From an uncultured Alphaproteobacteria bacterium (GTDB lineage Bacteria > Pseudomonadota > Alphaproteobacteria > Sphingomonadales > Sphingomonadaceae), in NCBI GenBank assembly GCA_963843855.1, contig CAWJMA010000007.1, positions 185,065 to 249,064 of the forward strand: a stretch of DNA of 64,000 nucleotides, in the 5' to 3' direction. Within the stretch, counting starts at the first letter, position 1. The number at the start of each line of letters is the position of its first letter. Shown here piece by piece: positions 30,199-39,698 of this stretch. The notes beneath the pieces were generated by a model. It saw only the letters and a program-made list of their open reading frames with translations. It was not told the DNA's origin and searched no databases. The translations under genes were made by a program, and so were the position numbers.

Positions 30199-31781
30199 GA
30201 CGCGCGCCGCCATGGCTTTCGATCGGCAAGGATGGCGGCGGCGGCATTATGTCCCGGTGCGCCGGTCACGCCCCCGCCCGGGTGTGCGCCCGATCCGCAA
30301 AGGTAAAGGCCAGGGAGCGGCATTCGGTAATCCGCCGCACCAAGCATCGGCCGCGCGCTGAAGAGTTGGTCGATGCCCATCTTGCCGTGGAAAATGTCGC
30401 CGCCGATGAGGCCGAAACGCCGCTCCAAGTCGAGCGGAGAATGGATCTGCCGCGCGACGACCGACTTGGCGAAACCCGGCGCTACCGAATTGACGGTTGC
30501 AATCACCGCATCGGCCGCCTGCTCGCGTTCGTCATCCCAGTTTCGTCCATCCGGAAGCTGGTAGCGGAAATGTTGGCAGAACAGGCTTGCAACATGCTTG
30601 CCGCGCGGTGCCAGGCCGGGGTCCAGCGTTGAGGGGATCAGCATTTCGACCACCGGCTGGCGTGCCCAGCCGTGCAGTCCGGCATCGTGGAATGCGCGGT
30701 CCATATAGGCCATCGACGGCGCGATGATGATCCCCGCCGTCAAATGATCGCCGCGCCCGGGCAAGGCCGTAAAGCTAGGCAATTTGTCTAGCGCCACGTT
30801 CATCCGGAAGGTGGCGCTTTCGCACTGCCAGTGATGGAAATGGTCCGCAACGCGGGGTTCCACCGACCCTTCGGGCACCAGCCGGTCGAACAGCAATTTG
30901 GGATTGACCCCGCCTACGACAATCGGCGCGCGCCAGCTCTTGCCACCAGCGACCACACCCGCCGCACGACCGCGCTCGACGAGAATTTCCTCGACCGGCG
31001 TGTTGAGGACGATATCGACCCCGGCTTCGCGGCATGCTGCGGCCATCGCCTGGGTGATCGCGCCCATCCCGCCAATCGCATGACCCCACGCGCCCGGCAC
31101 GCCTGCGGCTTCACCGAACAGGTGGTGAAGCAGGACGTAAGCCGTCCCCGGCGAGTAAGGCGACGCGAAATTGCCGACGATGCCGTCGAAGGCGAACAAC
31201 GCCTTGGCCATGTCGCCCGCGAAAAAACGATCGAGGATGTCGGCAGCGCTGCGTGTCGCGAAATCGTGAACCGTCTGCACTTCACGGCTCTTGAGCCCGA
31301 CCAGATCCTTGCCAAGGCTGAACATGGCCGGAAGCGCGCGGAGCCCGCCGCCCGCCTCAACCGGCGATTTCAGAAGCCATTTCTTGACGAGACCGACGAC
31401 GACCGCGAGCTCCTCGTTATAACGGTCATAGGCCGGGCCGTCGGCGGCATGATGGCGCACCAGTTCGGATCGGGTCAGGCCATCGCGACCGGACAGCAAA
31501 AAACTATTGTCGGGCCCTGGCAGGAAATTGTCGGTCTTGCGTAGCACGACCCTCAGGCCGTGCCGTTCCAGGCCCATGTCGCGGATGACCTTGGGCTGCA
31601 GCAGGCTGACCGTATAGCTGGCCGCGCTATTGCGATAACCCTTGTGAAATTCGTCGGTCACCGCTGCACCGCCAACCTTGTCGGCGGCTTCGATCACGGT
31701 GACCTTCAAGCCCTTGCGGGCGAGATAATAAGCGCAGGTCAGGCCATTGTGGCCGGCGCCGATAATGACTGCATCGCTCAT
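30195..31781 (-). CDS. Phytoene desaturase-family FAD-dependent oxidoreductase
   Basis: IIGAGHNGL, VGGAA, YLCGSGAHPGGGVTGAPGHNAA. Confidence 0.88.
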   Translation of the reverse strand: MSDAVIIGAGHNGLTCAYYLARKGLKVTVIEAADKVGGAAVTDEFHKGYRNSAASYTVSLLQPKVIRDMGLERHGLRVVLRKTDNFLPGPDNSFLLSGRDGLTRSELVRHHAADGPAYDRYNEELAVVVGLVKKWLLKSPVEAGGGLRALPAMFSLGKDLVGLKSREVQTVHDFATRSAADILDRFFAGDMAKALFAFDGIVGNFASPYSPGTAYVLLHHLFGEAAGVPGAWGHAIGGMGAITQAMAAACREAGVDIVLNTPVEEILVERGRAAGVVAGGKSWRAPIVVGGVNPKLLFDRLVPEGSVEPRVADHFHHWQCESATFRMNVALDKLPSFTALPGRGDHLTAGIIIAPSMAYMDRAFHDAGLHGWARQPVVEMLIPSTLDPGLAPRGKHVASLFCQHFRYQLPDGRNWDDEREQAADAVIATVNSVAPGFAKSVVARQIHSPLDLERRFGLIGGDIFHGKMGIDQLFSARPMLGAADYRMPLPGLYLCGSGAHPGGGVTGAPGHNAAAAILADRKPWRRAS

Positions 31782-33127
31782 CAGCGCATCAACACCAATT
31801 CTTCGGACATGGTCGGGTGAAGGGCGATCGTTCGGTCGAAGTCGGCTTTCTTGAGCCTAGCCTTGACCGCGATCGCCGCCGCCTGGAGGATTTCGGGCGC
31901 GTCGGGGCCGATCATGTGGATCCCGACGACCTCGTCGGTTCCGGCATCGACGACCAATTTGTAAAGCGACCGCTCGTTGCGACCGGCCAGCACATTCTTC
32001 ATCGGCCGGAAATCGCTGGTGTAGGTCTTGACCTGGCCCAGCTTGTTCCTGGCTTCGCTCTCGGTCATTCCGACCCCGGCGATCGGCGGGTGCGAGAAGA
32101 CTGCATTGGGGATGGAATCATATTCGACCGTCCACGGAGTGCCGCCAAACTGACTGTCGGCGAAGGCATGGCCTTCCCGGATTGCAACCGGGGTCAGCTG
32201 GACACGGTCGGTGACGTCGCCAACCGCAAATATCGACGCCACATTGGTCCGGCTGTTGTCGTCGACCTTGATTTCGCCCCGGTCACCCAGCGCGACTCCA
32301 ACGTCCTCAAGACCAAGCCCCGCGGTATTGGGGACACGTCCGGTCGCGAACATCACGGCGTCGGCCTCGATCGGGTCGCAACCCTTCATGTCGAGCAAGA
32401 GCGAGCCGTCATCACGCTTCTCGATCTTCTCGAAAGTCGAATTGAAGCGATATTGAATGCCCTTGGTCATCGAGATTTGCAGCAGGCGATCACGCATCTG
32501 TTCATCATAGCCGCGCAGGATGGTGTCACTTCGGTTGACGATCGTGACTTGCGCGCCAAACGAATGGAAGATCCCGGCAAACTCGTTGGCGATATATCCC
32601 CCGCCGGCAATCACTACGCGCTTTGGCATCGTCTCGAGGTGAAAGACCTCGTTCGAGGTGATGGCGTGCTCGATCCCGTCGATTTTGGGCAGGAAAGGAT
32701 GCGCACCGGTGGCGATCAGGATTTTGCCTGCCGTCAATTTCTTCCCGCTAGCCAACGTGACTTCGTTCGGTCCGCTGACGACCGCCCGTTCGTGATAAAT
32801 CTCGACATGGTGATTGCCCAATGTCTCGCCGTATAGACCTTCCAGCCGGTCGACCTCGGCAAGCACATTGTCGCGTAGCACCGGCCAGTCGAAGCGGGGC
32901 GTTGGAACATCCCAGCCGAACATCGCCGCATCGTTCAGATCTTCGGCAAAGTGGGCGCCATAGACGAGCAATTTTTTCGGTACGCAGCCGCGAATGACAC
33001 AGGTGCCGCCAACGCGAAACTCCTCAGCTACGGCAACCTTGGCGCCATGGCTCGCCGCGATACGCGAGGCACGAACGCCGCCCGAACCGGCACCGACCAC
33101 AAACAGGTCAAGATCAAAATCGCTCAC
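31781..33127 (-). CDS. gor: Glutathione-disulfide reductase
   Basis: GAGSGG, GGTCVIRGCVPKK redox disulfide, GGGYIA, IALHPTMSEE. Confidence 0.96.
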   Translation of the reverse strand: MSDFDLDLFVVGAGSGGVRASRIAASHGAKVAVAEEFRVGGTCVIRGCVPKKLLVYGAHFAEDLNDAAMFGWDVPTPRFDWPVLRDNVLAEVDRLEGLYGETLGNHHVEIYHERAVVSGPNEVTLASGKKLTAGKILIATGAHPFLPKIDGIEHAITSNEVFHLETMPKRVVIAGGGYIANEFAGIFHSFGAQVTIVNRSDTILRGYDEQMRDRLLQISMTKGIQYRFNSTFEKIEKRDDGSLLLDMKGCDPIEADAVMFATGRVPNTAGLGLEDVGVALGDRGEIKVDDNSRTNVASIFAVGDVTDRVQLTPVAIREGHAFADSQFGGTPWTVEYDSIPNAVFSHPPIAGVGMTESEARNKLGQVKTYTSDFRPMKNVLAGRNERSLYKLVVDAGTDEVVGIHMIGPDAPEILQAAAIAVKARLKKADFDRTIALHPTMSEELVLMR

Positions 33128-34632
33128 AGGCCAGCCTTTTCGATGAGGTTGCGGGTCGATGCGTCAAACCCTTCGACTTTCTCCGGATCGCTCAGGTCGC
33201 GGGCAAGGCGCTTGCCAAGCTCAACCCCGAATTGGTCGAACGGGTTGATGCCGAGCAGAACGGCCTGGACGAAGGTGCGATGCTCGTAAAAGGCGACCAG
33301 CGCGCCAAGCGTGCGCGGATCAAGCGTTTCGAGGAGCAACGTCGTGCTTGGCCGATTTCCCGGGAACGAATGGAAGCCGTCTTCGGCAGTCTCACCTTCC
33401 ATCAACGCCGCGCCCTGGGCAAAAGCGTTGAGCAGCAAGGCGCGGTGGTGGGCCGGATCCTGCATATCCTCGGCCTCGACGACCGCGACGAATTCGACCG
33501 GGACGAGATGAGTGCCCTGATGAAGCAACTGGAAGACTGCATGCTGGGCGTCGGTCCCGATCCCGCCCCACGTGATCGGCGCGCTTGGTCGGCCAAGGGG
33601 TTTACCCTCCACCGTCACCGACTTGCCATTCGATTCCATCTCGAGCTGTTGGAGATAGGAAGGGAGCAGGCGGAGGCGCTCGTCATAGGCAAACACGGCG
33701 CGGGTCTCCGCCTTGAAGCGCTGCGTATAGGTAAGGTCGGCAAAAGCGGCGAGCACGGGCGCATTCTGGTCGAGCGGTGTCAGCCGGAAGTGGCGATCCA
33801 TTGCCGCGGCGCCTTCGAGCAGCTCCTCGAACGCTTCCCAGCCCAGCGACAATGCCGCCGAAAATCCGACCGACGACCATAAGGAATAGCGACCGCCGAC
33901 ACCTTCGTCGAACGGCAGAATTCGGGTTTCGTCGATCCCGAAGCGAAGAGCCTCTTCCGGATTGGCAGTGATCGCAATGACGCGGCCGAACGGATCGTCG
34001 ACCCCCGCATCCTCCATCCACTTCATCGCCGACTGCAGGTTCAGCAATGTTTCCGACGTCGTGAACGTCTTCGAAACCGCGCAGATCAGGGTTTCGTGCG
34101 GGTCGAGCGGATCGGTCGAATCGTCGAGTGCCTGCCCATCGATGTTCGACAGGACCGCAACGCCGACAGTGCCGAGCTCCCGGCCGAGTGCATCGAGAAG
34201 CAGTTCGGGGCCTAGCGCGGACCCACCGATCCCGATGTGAAGGATCCCGCTGATCTCTCCGAACGCGCCACCCTCGATGGCGTCCGCAAGCGATCGCATC
34301 CGTTGATGGCGGGCAGCGGCTAGTGCGACGTGGTCGGGATCGCCCTGCCCGCGCTCCGCAACATGGGTTGCGGGCCGATCCTCGGTCGGATTGACGATCC
34401 CGCCAGAAAAAAGTGCTTCGCGCTTGCCGGCCAAGTCCCGCGCCGCGCACAATTTCGTGAATTCGCCAAGCAACCCATCGTCAAGATGCGTCTTGGTCCA
34501 GTCGAAATGGATTCCCGCAACGTCGAGGCTGAGTTTGGCGAGACGATCCTTGTCGTCGAACAGCGACTTGAGCGGCCGGGTTTCGTACAACTCGATGGCG
34601 GCGAAGGCCTTGCTGGCATCTTGATCTGGCAT
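33124..34632 (-). CDS. pgi: Glucose-6-phosphate isomerase
   Basis: HIGIGGSALGP, SKTFTTSET, GGRYSLWS, QQLEMESNGK, FDQFGVELGK. Confidence 0.96.
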   Translation of the reverse strand: MPDQDASKAFAAIELYETRPLKSLFDDKDRLAKLSLDVAGIHFDWTKTHLDDGLLGEFTKLCAARDLAGKREALFSGGIVNPTEDRPATHVAERGQGDPDHVALAAARHQRMRSLADAIEGGAFGEISGILHIGIGGSALGPELLLDALGRELGTVGVAVLSNIDGQALDDSTDPLDPHETLICAVSKTFTTSETLLNLQSAMKWMEDAGVDDPFGRVIAITANPEEALRFGIDETRILPFDEGVGGRYSLWSSVGFSAALSLGWEAFEELLEGAAAMDRHFRLTPLDQNAPVLAAFADLTYTQRFKAETRAVFAYDERLRLLPSYLQQLEMESNGKSVTVEGKPLGRPSAPITWGGIGTDAQHAVFQLLHQGTHLVPVEFVAVVEAEDMQDPAHHRALLLNAFAQGAALMEGETAEDGFHSFPGNRPSTTLLLETLDPRTLGALVAFYEHRTFVQAVLLGINPFDQFGVELGKRLARDLSDPEKVEGFDASTRNLIEKAGL

Positions 34633-34737
34633 TGCCCGCTCTCTTACGCGCGGCGACGAAGATTGCCACCCCGCCAAGCGTGGCGAGCGCCCGTTTCGTC
34701 TTGACCTTCGCGCTTTGCCCTCCAAGAAGCGCCAACA

Positions 34738-35568
34738 ATGGCGTCTTCTCCCGATCTGAACTCACCAAAGTCCCCGTCAGGCAGAATCGGCCGCTCGCTG
34801 CGCTTCCTTTTCGTTCTTGCGGCGCTGGCCTGGGCGCTGCGAAGCTTCATCGTTGCGCCATTCAGCATTCCGACCGGTTCAATGGTGCCGACAATGCTTC
34901 CCGGCGACTATCTGTTCGTGACCAAGTTCAATTACGGCTTTTCGCGGTTCAGTTTCCCGGGTCGCATTCCATCGTTCGAGGGACGAATCCTCAATCGCCT
35001 GCCCAACCGCGGCGAGATCGTCATCTTCAAACGTCCGGACGCGGTCGGGGCCGACTGGGTAAAGCGGGTCATCGGTCTGCCTGGCGATACGGTCGAGGTT
35101 CGCGGCGGCACTTTGGTTCTCAACGGAAAGCCGGTGCCACGGCAACCGCGCGATGCGGTGACGATCCCGGCCAGCCCCAATGTGCCGTGCCGAACCGCGC
35201 CGGGCGCAGTTCGCGACGTGATCGAGGTGGCGGGCAAGCCCGTCTGTCGCTACCGGGCATTCGATGAGATACTCCCAAACGGCCGACGCTACACAATTCT
35301 CGATCAAATCGATTCCGGCCCCGGTGACTGGTTCGGCCCTAAAGTTGTGCCCGCCGGTCATGTCTTCCTCATGGGCGACAACCGCGATGACAGCGCGGAT
35401 GGTCGCTTTTCGATTGCCGCCGGCGGGATCGGGATCGTTCCGACCGATCGACTTGTCGGGCGGGCGGCGTTCGCCTTCTGGTCGACCGATGGGACGGCCA
35501 ATCTTGTCATGCCGTGGACCTGGTTTACGGCCCTTCGCACCGATCGCCTCGGCCAATGGTACGACTGA
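34738..35568 (+). CDS. lepB: Signal peptidase I
   Basis: IPTGSMVPT (Ser), WVKRVIGLPGD (Lys), MGDNRDDSADGR. Confidence 0.95.
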   Translation: MASSPDLNSPKSPSGRIGRSLRFLFVLAALAWALRSFIVAPFSIPTGSMVPTMLPGDYLFVTKFNYGFSRFSFPGRIPSFEGRILNRLPNRGEIVIFKRPDAVGADWVKRVIGLPGDTVEVRGGTLVLNGKPVPRQPRDAVTIPASPNVPCRTAPGAVRDVIEVAGKPVCRYRAFDEILPNGRRYTILDQIDSGPGDWFGPKVVPAGHVFLMGDNRDDSADGRFSIAAGGIGIVPTDRLVGRAAFAFWSTDGTANLVMPWTWFTALRTDRLGQWYD

Positions 35569-36230
35569 TGAGTGATGTTGCTGCTTACGTGACCGAAGCG
35601 CTGGGCGTCGAACCACGCGACATCAAGCTCTACGAACGGGCGCTGACCCATGGCAGCCATGGCCGCGAAAGCTACGAACGGCTCGAATTCCTGGGCGACC
35701 GGGTGCTTGGCCTGGTGGTTGCGCGCTGGCTGTACGAGCGCTTCCCTGACGAACCGGAGGGAAAGATGAGCCGGCGCTACAATGCGCTGGTCGCGCGCGA
35801 AACCTGCGCCGAAGTTGGCCGCGCGATTGCGGTGCCGGCCGAAATACGGCTTGGTCGCCAAGCCCGCGAAGATCGGGCCACCGGCAGCGACAATGTCGTC
35901 GGCGATGTCGTCGAATCGCTGATCGGCGCGCTCTATCTCGACCATGGCATCGACGAAGCGCAGCGGTTCATTCGCGGCGCATGGGCACCCTATCTCGACA
36001 GCCAGCGCCAGGCGCCGGTTCATCCCAAGTCGGCACTTCAGGAAATGGCCGCGGCGCGCAACTGGGGAACCCCGGTCTATGACATCACCGGCCGAAGCGG
36101 TGCCCACCATGCCCCGACCTTCAAGATCCGCGTTAGCGTCCGCGGCGGGGGTGAGGCCGAAGCCGAAGGTGCGTCCAAGCAGGATGCCGAAACCGCCGCT
36201 GCAACCGCCTTACTGGAGCAATTGAAATGA
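35568..36230 (+). CDS. rnc: Ribonuclease III
   Basis: YERLEFLGDRVLGL, DVVESLIGALYLD, C-terminal dsRBD (PKSALQE). Confidence 0.97.
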   Translation: MSDVAAYVTEALGVEPRDIKLYERALTHGSHGRESYERLEFLGDRVLGLVVARWLYERFPDEPEGKMSRRYNALVARETCAEVGRAIAVPAEIRLGRQAREDRATGSDNVVGDVVESLIGALYLDHGIDEAQRFIRGAWAPYLDSQRQAPVHPKSALQEMAAARNWGTPVYDITGRSGAHHAPTFKIRVSVRGGGEAEAEGASKQDAETAAATALLEQLK

Positions 36231-37120
36231 CCCAACGTTGCGGTTTCGTCGCCGTTCTCGGCGCGCCGAATGCGGGCAAGTCGACCCTCGTCAATGCGCT
36301 GGTCGGCCAGAAGGTCGCCATCGTGAGTCCCAAGGCGCAGACCACCCGCGCCCGTTTGATGGGAATCGCGCTGGAGGGCGAATCGCAGATGTTGCTGGTC
36401 GATACGCCCGGCATATTCTCGCCCAACCGCCGCCTCGACCGGGCGATGGTCAACGCCGCTTGGGAAGGCGCCGAGGATGCCGATCGATTGCTGCTGGTGA
36501 TCGATGCCGCGGCCAAGGTCGGGCAGCGGGTCGAAGAGGTGATCGCCGGAGTCGAATCTCGGACCGAGCCGAAAATCCTCGTCCTCAACAAGGTCGATAT
36601 CGCCAAGAAAGACGATCTGCTCGTCTTTGCCTCACGCCTCGCGGCGCGGCTGAAACCGGAGGAGATATTCATGGTCTCCGCCTCGACCGGTGACGGGGTC
36701 GACGACCTCAAGAAATATCTCGCCGCGGCGATGCCGCAAGGCGACTGGCATTTTCCCGAAGACCAGTTGACCGATGCCACCGACCGGATGGTCGCGACTG
36801 AATTGACCCGCGAGCAACTCTACCTTCAGCTTCATGCCGAAGTGCCTTATTCTGCGGCGGTCGAAACCGAGAAATGGGAAGATCGCCGCGACGGATCGAC
36901 CGCGATCCACCAGCAGATCCTGATCGAGCGCGACAGCCAGAAAGCGATCATCGTCGGCAAGGGGGGATCACGCCTGAAATCGATCGGCCAGGCCGCACGC
37001 GAAGCAATATCCGAGCATCTCGGTCGAAAGGTCCACCTGTTCCTGCACGTCAAGGTCGCGCCGCGCTGGGACGAAGACAAAGGACTTTACGAAGACATCG
37101 GGCTCGACTGGACGGAATGA
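36227..37120 (+). CDS. era: GTPase Era
   Basis: GAPNAGKS, DTPG, NKVD, KH-domain IIVGKGG. Confidence 0.97.
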   Translation: MTQRCGFVAVLGAPNAGKSTLVNALVGQKVAIVSPKAQTTRARLMGIALEGESQMLLVDTPGIFSPNRRLDRAMVNAAWEGAEDADRLLLVIDAAAKVGQRVEEVIAGVESRTEPKILVLNKVDIAKKDDLLVFASRLAARLKPEEIFMVSASTGDGVDDLKKYLAAAMPQGDWHFPEDQLTDATDRMVATELTREQLYLQLHAEVPYSAAVETEKWEDRRDGSTAIHQQILIERDSQKAIIVGKGGSRLKSIGQAAREAISEHLGRKVHLFLHVKVAPRWDEDKGLYEDIGLDWTE

Positions 37121-37130
37121 TCGCTTGGAT

Positions 37131-37847
37131 CTAGCCCGCGGCGAAACCCGACAGCATCTGGGCCACCCATTTAGGCACCTCGTCGCCGGCCATTCCATAC
37201 CGCCGTTCGTCGAAGAAGATGCTGCCCTGGCTCGGCTCCAGGTTGATCTCCAAGGTCTTGGCGCCGCGGTATTTGGCGGTCTGGACGAGACCCGCCGCCG
37301 GATAGACCGCGCCCGAGGTACCGATCGAGACGAACAGATCGGCGTCCAGCAATGCGGCATCGATGCGGTCCATCTCATACGGGATTTCGCCGAACCAGAC
37401 GATGTCGGGACGAACGCTGCCGACCTTGGCGCAGGACGGGCAATGCGCCGCCAGACCCATCCCGCCACTCCACGGCGAACGCTGGTCGCAGGCTAGGCAC
37501 CACCCGCTCGCCAGGGATCCGTGCATGTGCAGCAGGCGCCGTGCCCCTGCCCGTTCATGCAGATCATCGACATTTTGCGTTACGATCAGCAATTCGCCCG
37601 GCCAATCGGCGTCAAGCTGCGCCAGCGCTACATGAGCCGCATTGGGCATCGCGTCTGTCGCCTGCGCCCGCCGCGCATCGTAGAAGCGATGGACCAGTTC
37701 GGGATCGCGCACGAATGCCTCGGGCGTGGCGACGTCTTCGACCCGGTGATCCTCCCAGAGGCCATCGGCGGCGCGAAACGTTCGGATCCCGCTCTCCGCG
37801 CTGATTCCCGCACCGGTCAGGACGATGATATTGCGAATATCGGTCAT
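37131..37847 (-). CDS. cobB: NAD-dependent protein deacylase (sirtuin)
   Basis: TGAGISAESGIRTFR, TQNVDDLHE, HGS, two CxxC motifs, RPDIVWFGE. Confidence 0.93.
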   Translation of the reverse strand: MTDIRNIIVLTGAGISAESGIRTFRAADGLWEDHRVEDVATPEAFVRDPELVHRFYDARRAQATDAMPNAAHVALAQLDADWPGELLIVTQNVDDLHERAGARRLLHMHGSLASGWCLACDQRSPWSGGMGLAAHCPSCAKVGSVRPDIVWFGEIPYEMDRIDAALLDADLFVSIGTSGAVYPAAGLVQTAKYRGAKTLEINLEPSQGSIFFDERRYGMAGDEVPKWVAQMLSGFAAG

Positions 37848-37856
37848 GTCATGTCA

Positions 37857-37884
37857 TTGACATTGTTGTAAGTTACTCCATATT
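37857..37884 (+). promoter_or_regulatory. Sigma70-type promoter of the thioesterase gene
   Basis: TTGACA (37857-37862)-16 nt-CATATT (37879-37884); the ATG is at 37891. Confidence 0.55.
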
Positions 37885-37890
37885 GCGATC

Positions 37891-38289
37891 ATGGCCAGTC
37901 AAGCGTTCCACTACCCGATCGGCATCCGCGCCACCGACATTGACCACATGGGACATGTCAATAACAGCGTGTACCTCAACTGGGTGCAGGACGCGGTCGT
38001 GAAATTCTGGGAAACGGTTGCGCCGCCCGAAGCCGTGACGCGCCACTTGTGGATCGCGCTTAGCCACGAAATCCAGTACCGCCGCCCGACCTTTCTGGAC
38101 GACGTCGTCGTTGCCGATGTCATCGCCGAGCAGGTTGCTGGCGCAAAGGCGATGTTCACCACTGTCATCAAGCGCGGCGAGACCGTTCTTGCCGAAGTCA
38201 AATCGACTTGGTGCTGCCTGGATGCAGTGACCAAGCGTCCGGCGCGCCTTGCCCGCGACGTCGCAAAGCGGTTCCTCCCCGAGCTGTAA
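37891..38289 (+). CDS. Acyl-CoA thioesterase (4HBT/YbgC hot-dog fold)
   Basis: DIDHMGHVNNSVYLNW motif. Confidence 0.9.
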   Translation: MASQAFHYPIGIRATDIDHMGHVNNSVYLNWVQDAVVKFWETVAPPEAVTRHLWIALSHEIQYRRPTFLDDVVVADVIAEQVAGAKAMFTTVIKRGETVLAEVKSTWCCLDAVTKRPARLARDVAKRFLPEL

Positions 38290-38325
38290 GTTGCGAAGAC
38301 CGTGCTGGTGCGTCATGACACGCCC

Positions 38326-39036
38326 ATGCGCGACCACACCCAGCCAATCCGCCTTTCCCTGTTCGCCCCCAAGGGACGGATGGGCCTTGCCATCGCTGCC
38401 GCTGCACACGGCAATCCCGACTTTGCGATCGACCAGGATCACGGCGACGTACTGGTCGATTTCTCTTCCCCCGATGGACTTCGTACCAGCCTGGATCGCG
38501 CGATTACCGGCGGCATCCCGATCCTGATCGGGACCACCGGACTTCGTGAGGGTCATGACAACCTGATCGCCGACGCGGCGAGCATCGTTCCTGTCCTGAA
38601 GGCCGCCAACACTTCTCTTGGAGTTGCCTTGCTGACCGACCTGGTCGAACGCGCATCACGGGTGCTGGGCGCCGACGACTGGGATGTGGAGATCGTCGAA
38701 GCCCATCATCGCAAGAAGGCCGATTCGCCCAGTGGAACCGCGCTTCACCTCGGCACCGCTATCGAGCGTGGTCGCGACATGGATGCCAAGGAAGAACTAG
38801 GCCGCTGCGGGACCGGGCTCGTCCGTGAGACCGGCAGCATCGGCTATTCCGCAGTGCGCGGAGGGACGGTGGCCGGCGATCATGACGTGCTGTTCCTGGG
38901 CCCTGAAGAACGGCTGATCCTGTCGCATCGCGCCGAAGACCGCAGCATTTTTGCGCGCGGCGCCTTGATCGGCGCGCGGTTCCTGGTCGGGAAGCCCGCC
39001 GGACTCTATTCGATGCGGGACGTCATCGGCGCGTGA
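38326..39036 (+). CDS. dapB: 4-hydroxy-tetrahydrodipicolinate reductase
   Basis: GRMG, DFS, IGTTG, EAHHRKKADSPSGTA, VAGDHDV, IFARGA. Confidence 0.94.
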   Translation: MRDHTQPIRLSLFAPKGRMGLAIAAAAHGNPDFAIDQDHGDVLVDFSSPDGLRTSLDRAITGGIPILIGTTGLREGHDNLIADAASIVPVLKAANTSLGVALLTDLVERASRVLGADDWDVEIVEAHHRKKADSPSGTALHLGTAIERGRDMDAKEELGRCGTGLVRETGSIGYSAVRGGTVAGDHDVLFLGPEERLILSHRAEDRSIFARGALIGARFLVGKPAGLYSMRDVIGA

Positions 39037-39698
39037 CAAAGGACGAGGTGTTCGAATTTTTCCGGCGACTGGCGGAGGCCAATCCGGCACCCGAAACCGA
39101 ACTGGAATATGGCAATCCCTATCAGTTGGTCGTCGCCGTCGCCCTAAGCGCGCAGTCGACCGACGTCGGGGTCAACAAGGCGACCCGGGCGCTGTTCGCG
39201 CAGGTGAAAATGCCGCAGCAGATGCTCGATCTGGGCGAAGACGGGCTCAAAGATCACATCAAGACAATCGGCCTGTTCAACACCAAGGCCAAAAACATCA
39301 TCGCCGCCGCCCAAATCCTGGTCGACGAGTTTGGCGGCGAGGTGCCGCAGAATCGTGAGTCACTGGAGAAGCTGCCCGGAGTCGGGCGCAAAACAGCCAA
39401 CGTCGTCCTCAATTGCGCCTTCGGGCACGAGACGTTCGCGGTCGATACCCATATTTTTCGCGTCGGTAACCGGACCGGCCTTGCCAAGGGCAAGACGCCG
39501 CTAGCGGTTGAACTCAAGCTGGAAAAAAGCGTGCCCGCTCTCTTTCGTTGTGGTGCGCATCATTGGCTGATCCTGCACGGTCGTTACATCTGCAAAGCGC
39601 GGAAACCGGAATGCTGGCGATGTCCGGTCGCCGACCTTTGCGCGTTCATGCCAAAAACGCCCGAACCTACGTCCAGGACCGCGAAAACCGTCCGCTAA
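39033..39698 (+). CDS. nth: Endonuclease III
   Basis: LSAQSTD, LPGVGRKTANVV HhH motif, VDTH, CKARKPECWRC..C [4Fe-4S]. Confidence 0.96.
   Translation: MTKDEVFEFFRRLAEANPAPETELEYGNPYQLVVAVALSAQSTDVGVNKATRALFAQVKMPQQMLDLGEDGLKDHIKTIGLFNTKAKNIIAAAQILVDEFGGEVPQNRESLEKLPGVGRKTANVVLNCAFGHETFAVDTHIFRVGNRTGLAKGKTPLAVELKLEKSVPALFRCGAHHWLILHGRYICKARKPECWRCPVADLCAFMPKTPEPTSRTAKTVR

Noticed and set aside
30195-31781. Carotenoid desaturase CrtI
   Set aside because: Family-level motifs only; no crtB/crtY/crtE neighbours, so no specific assignment made.
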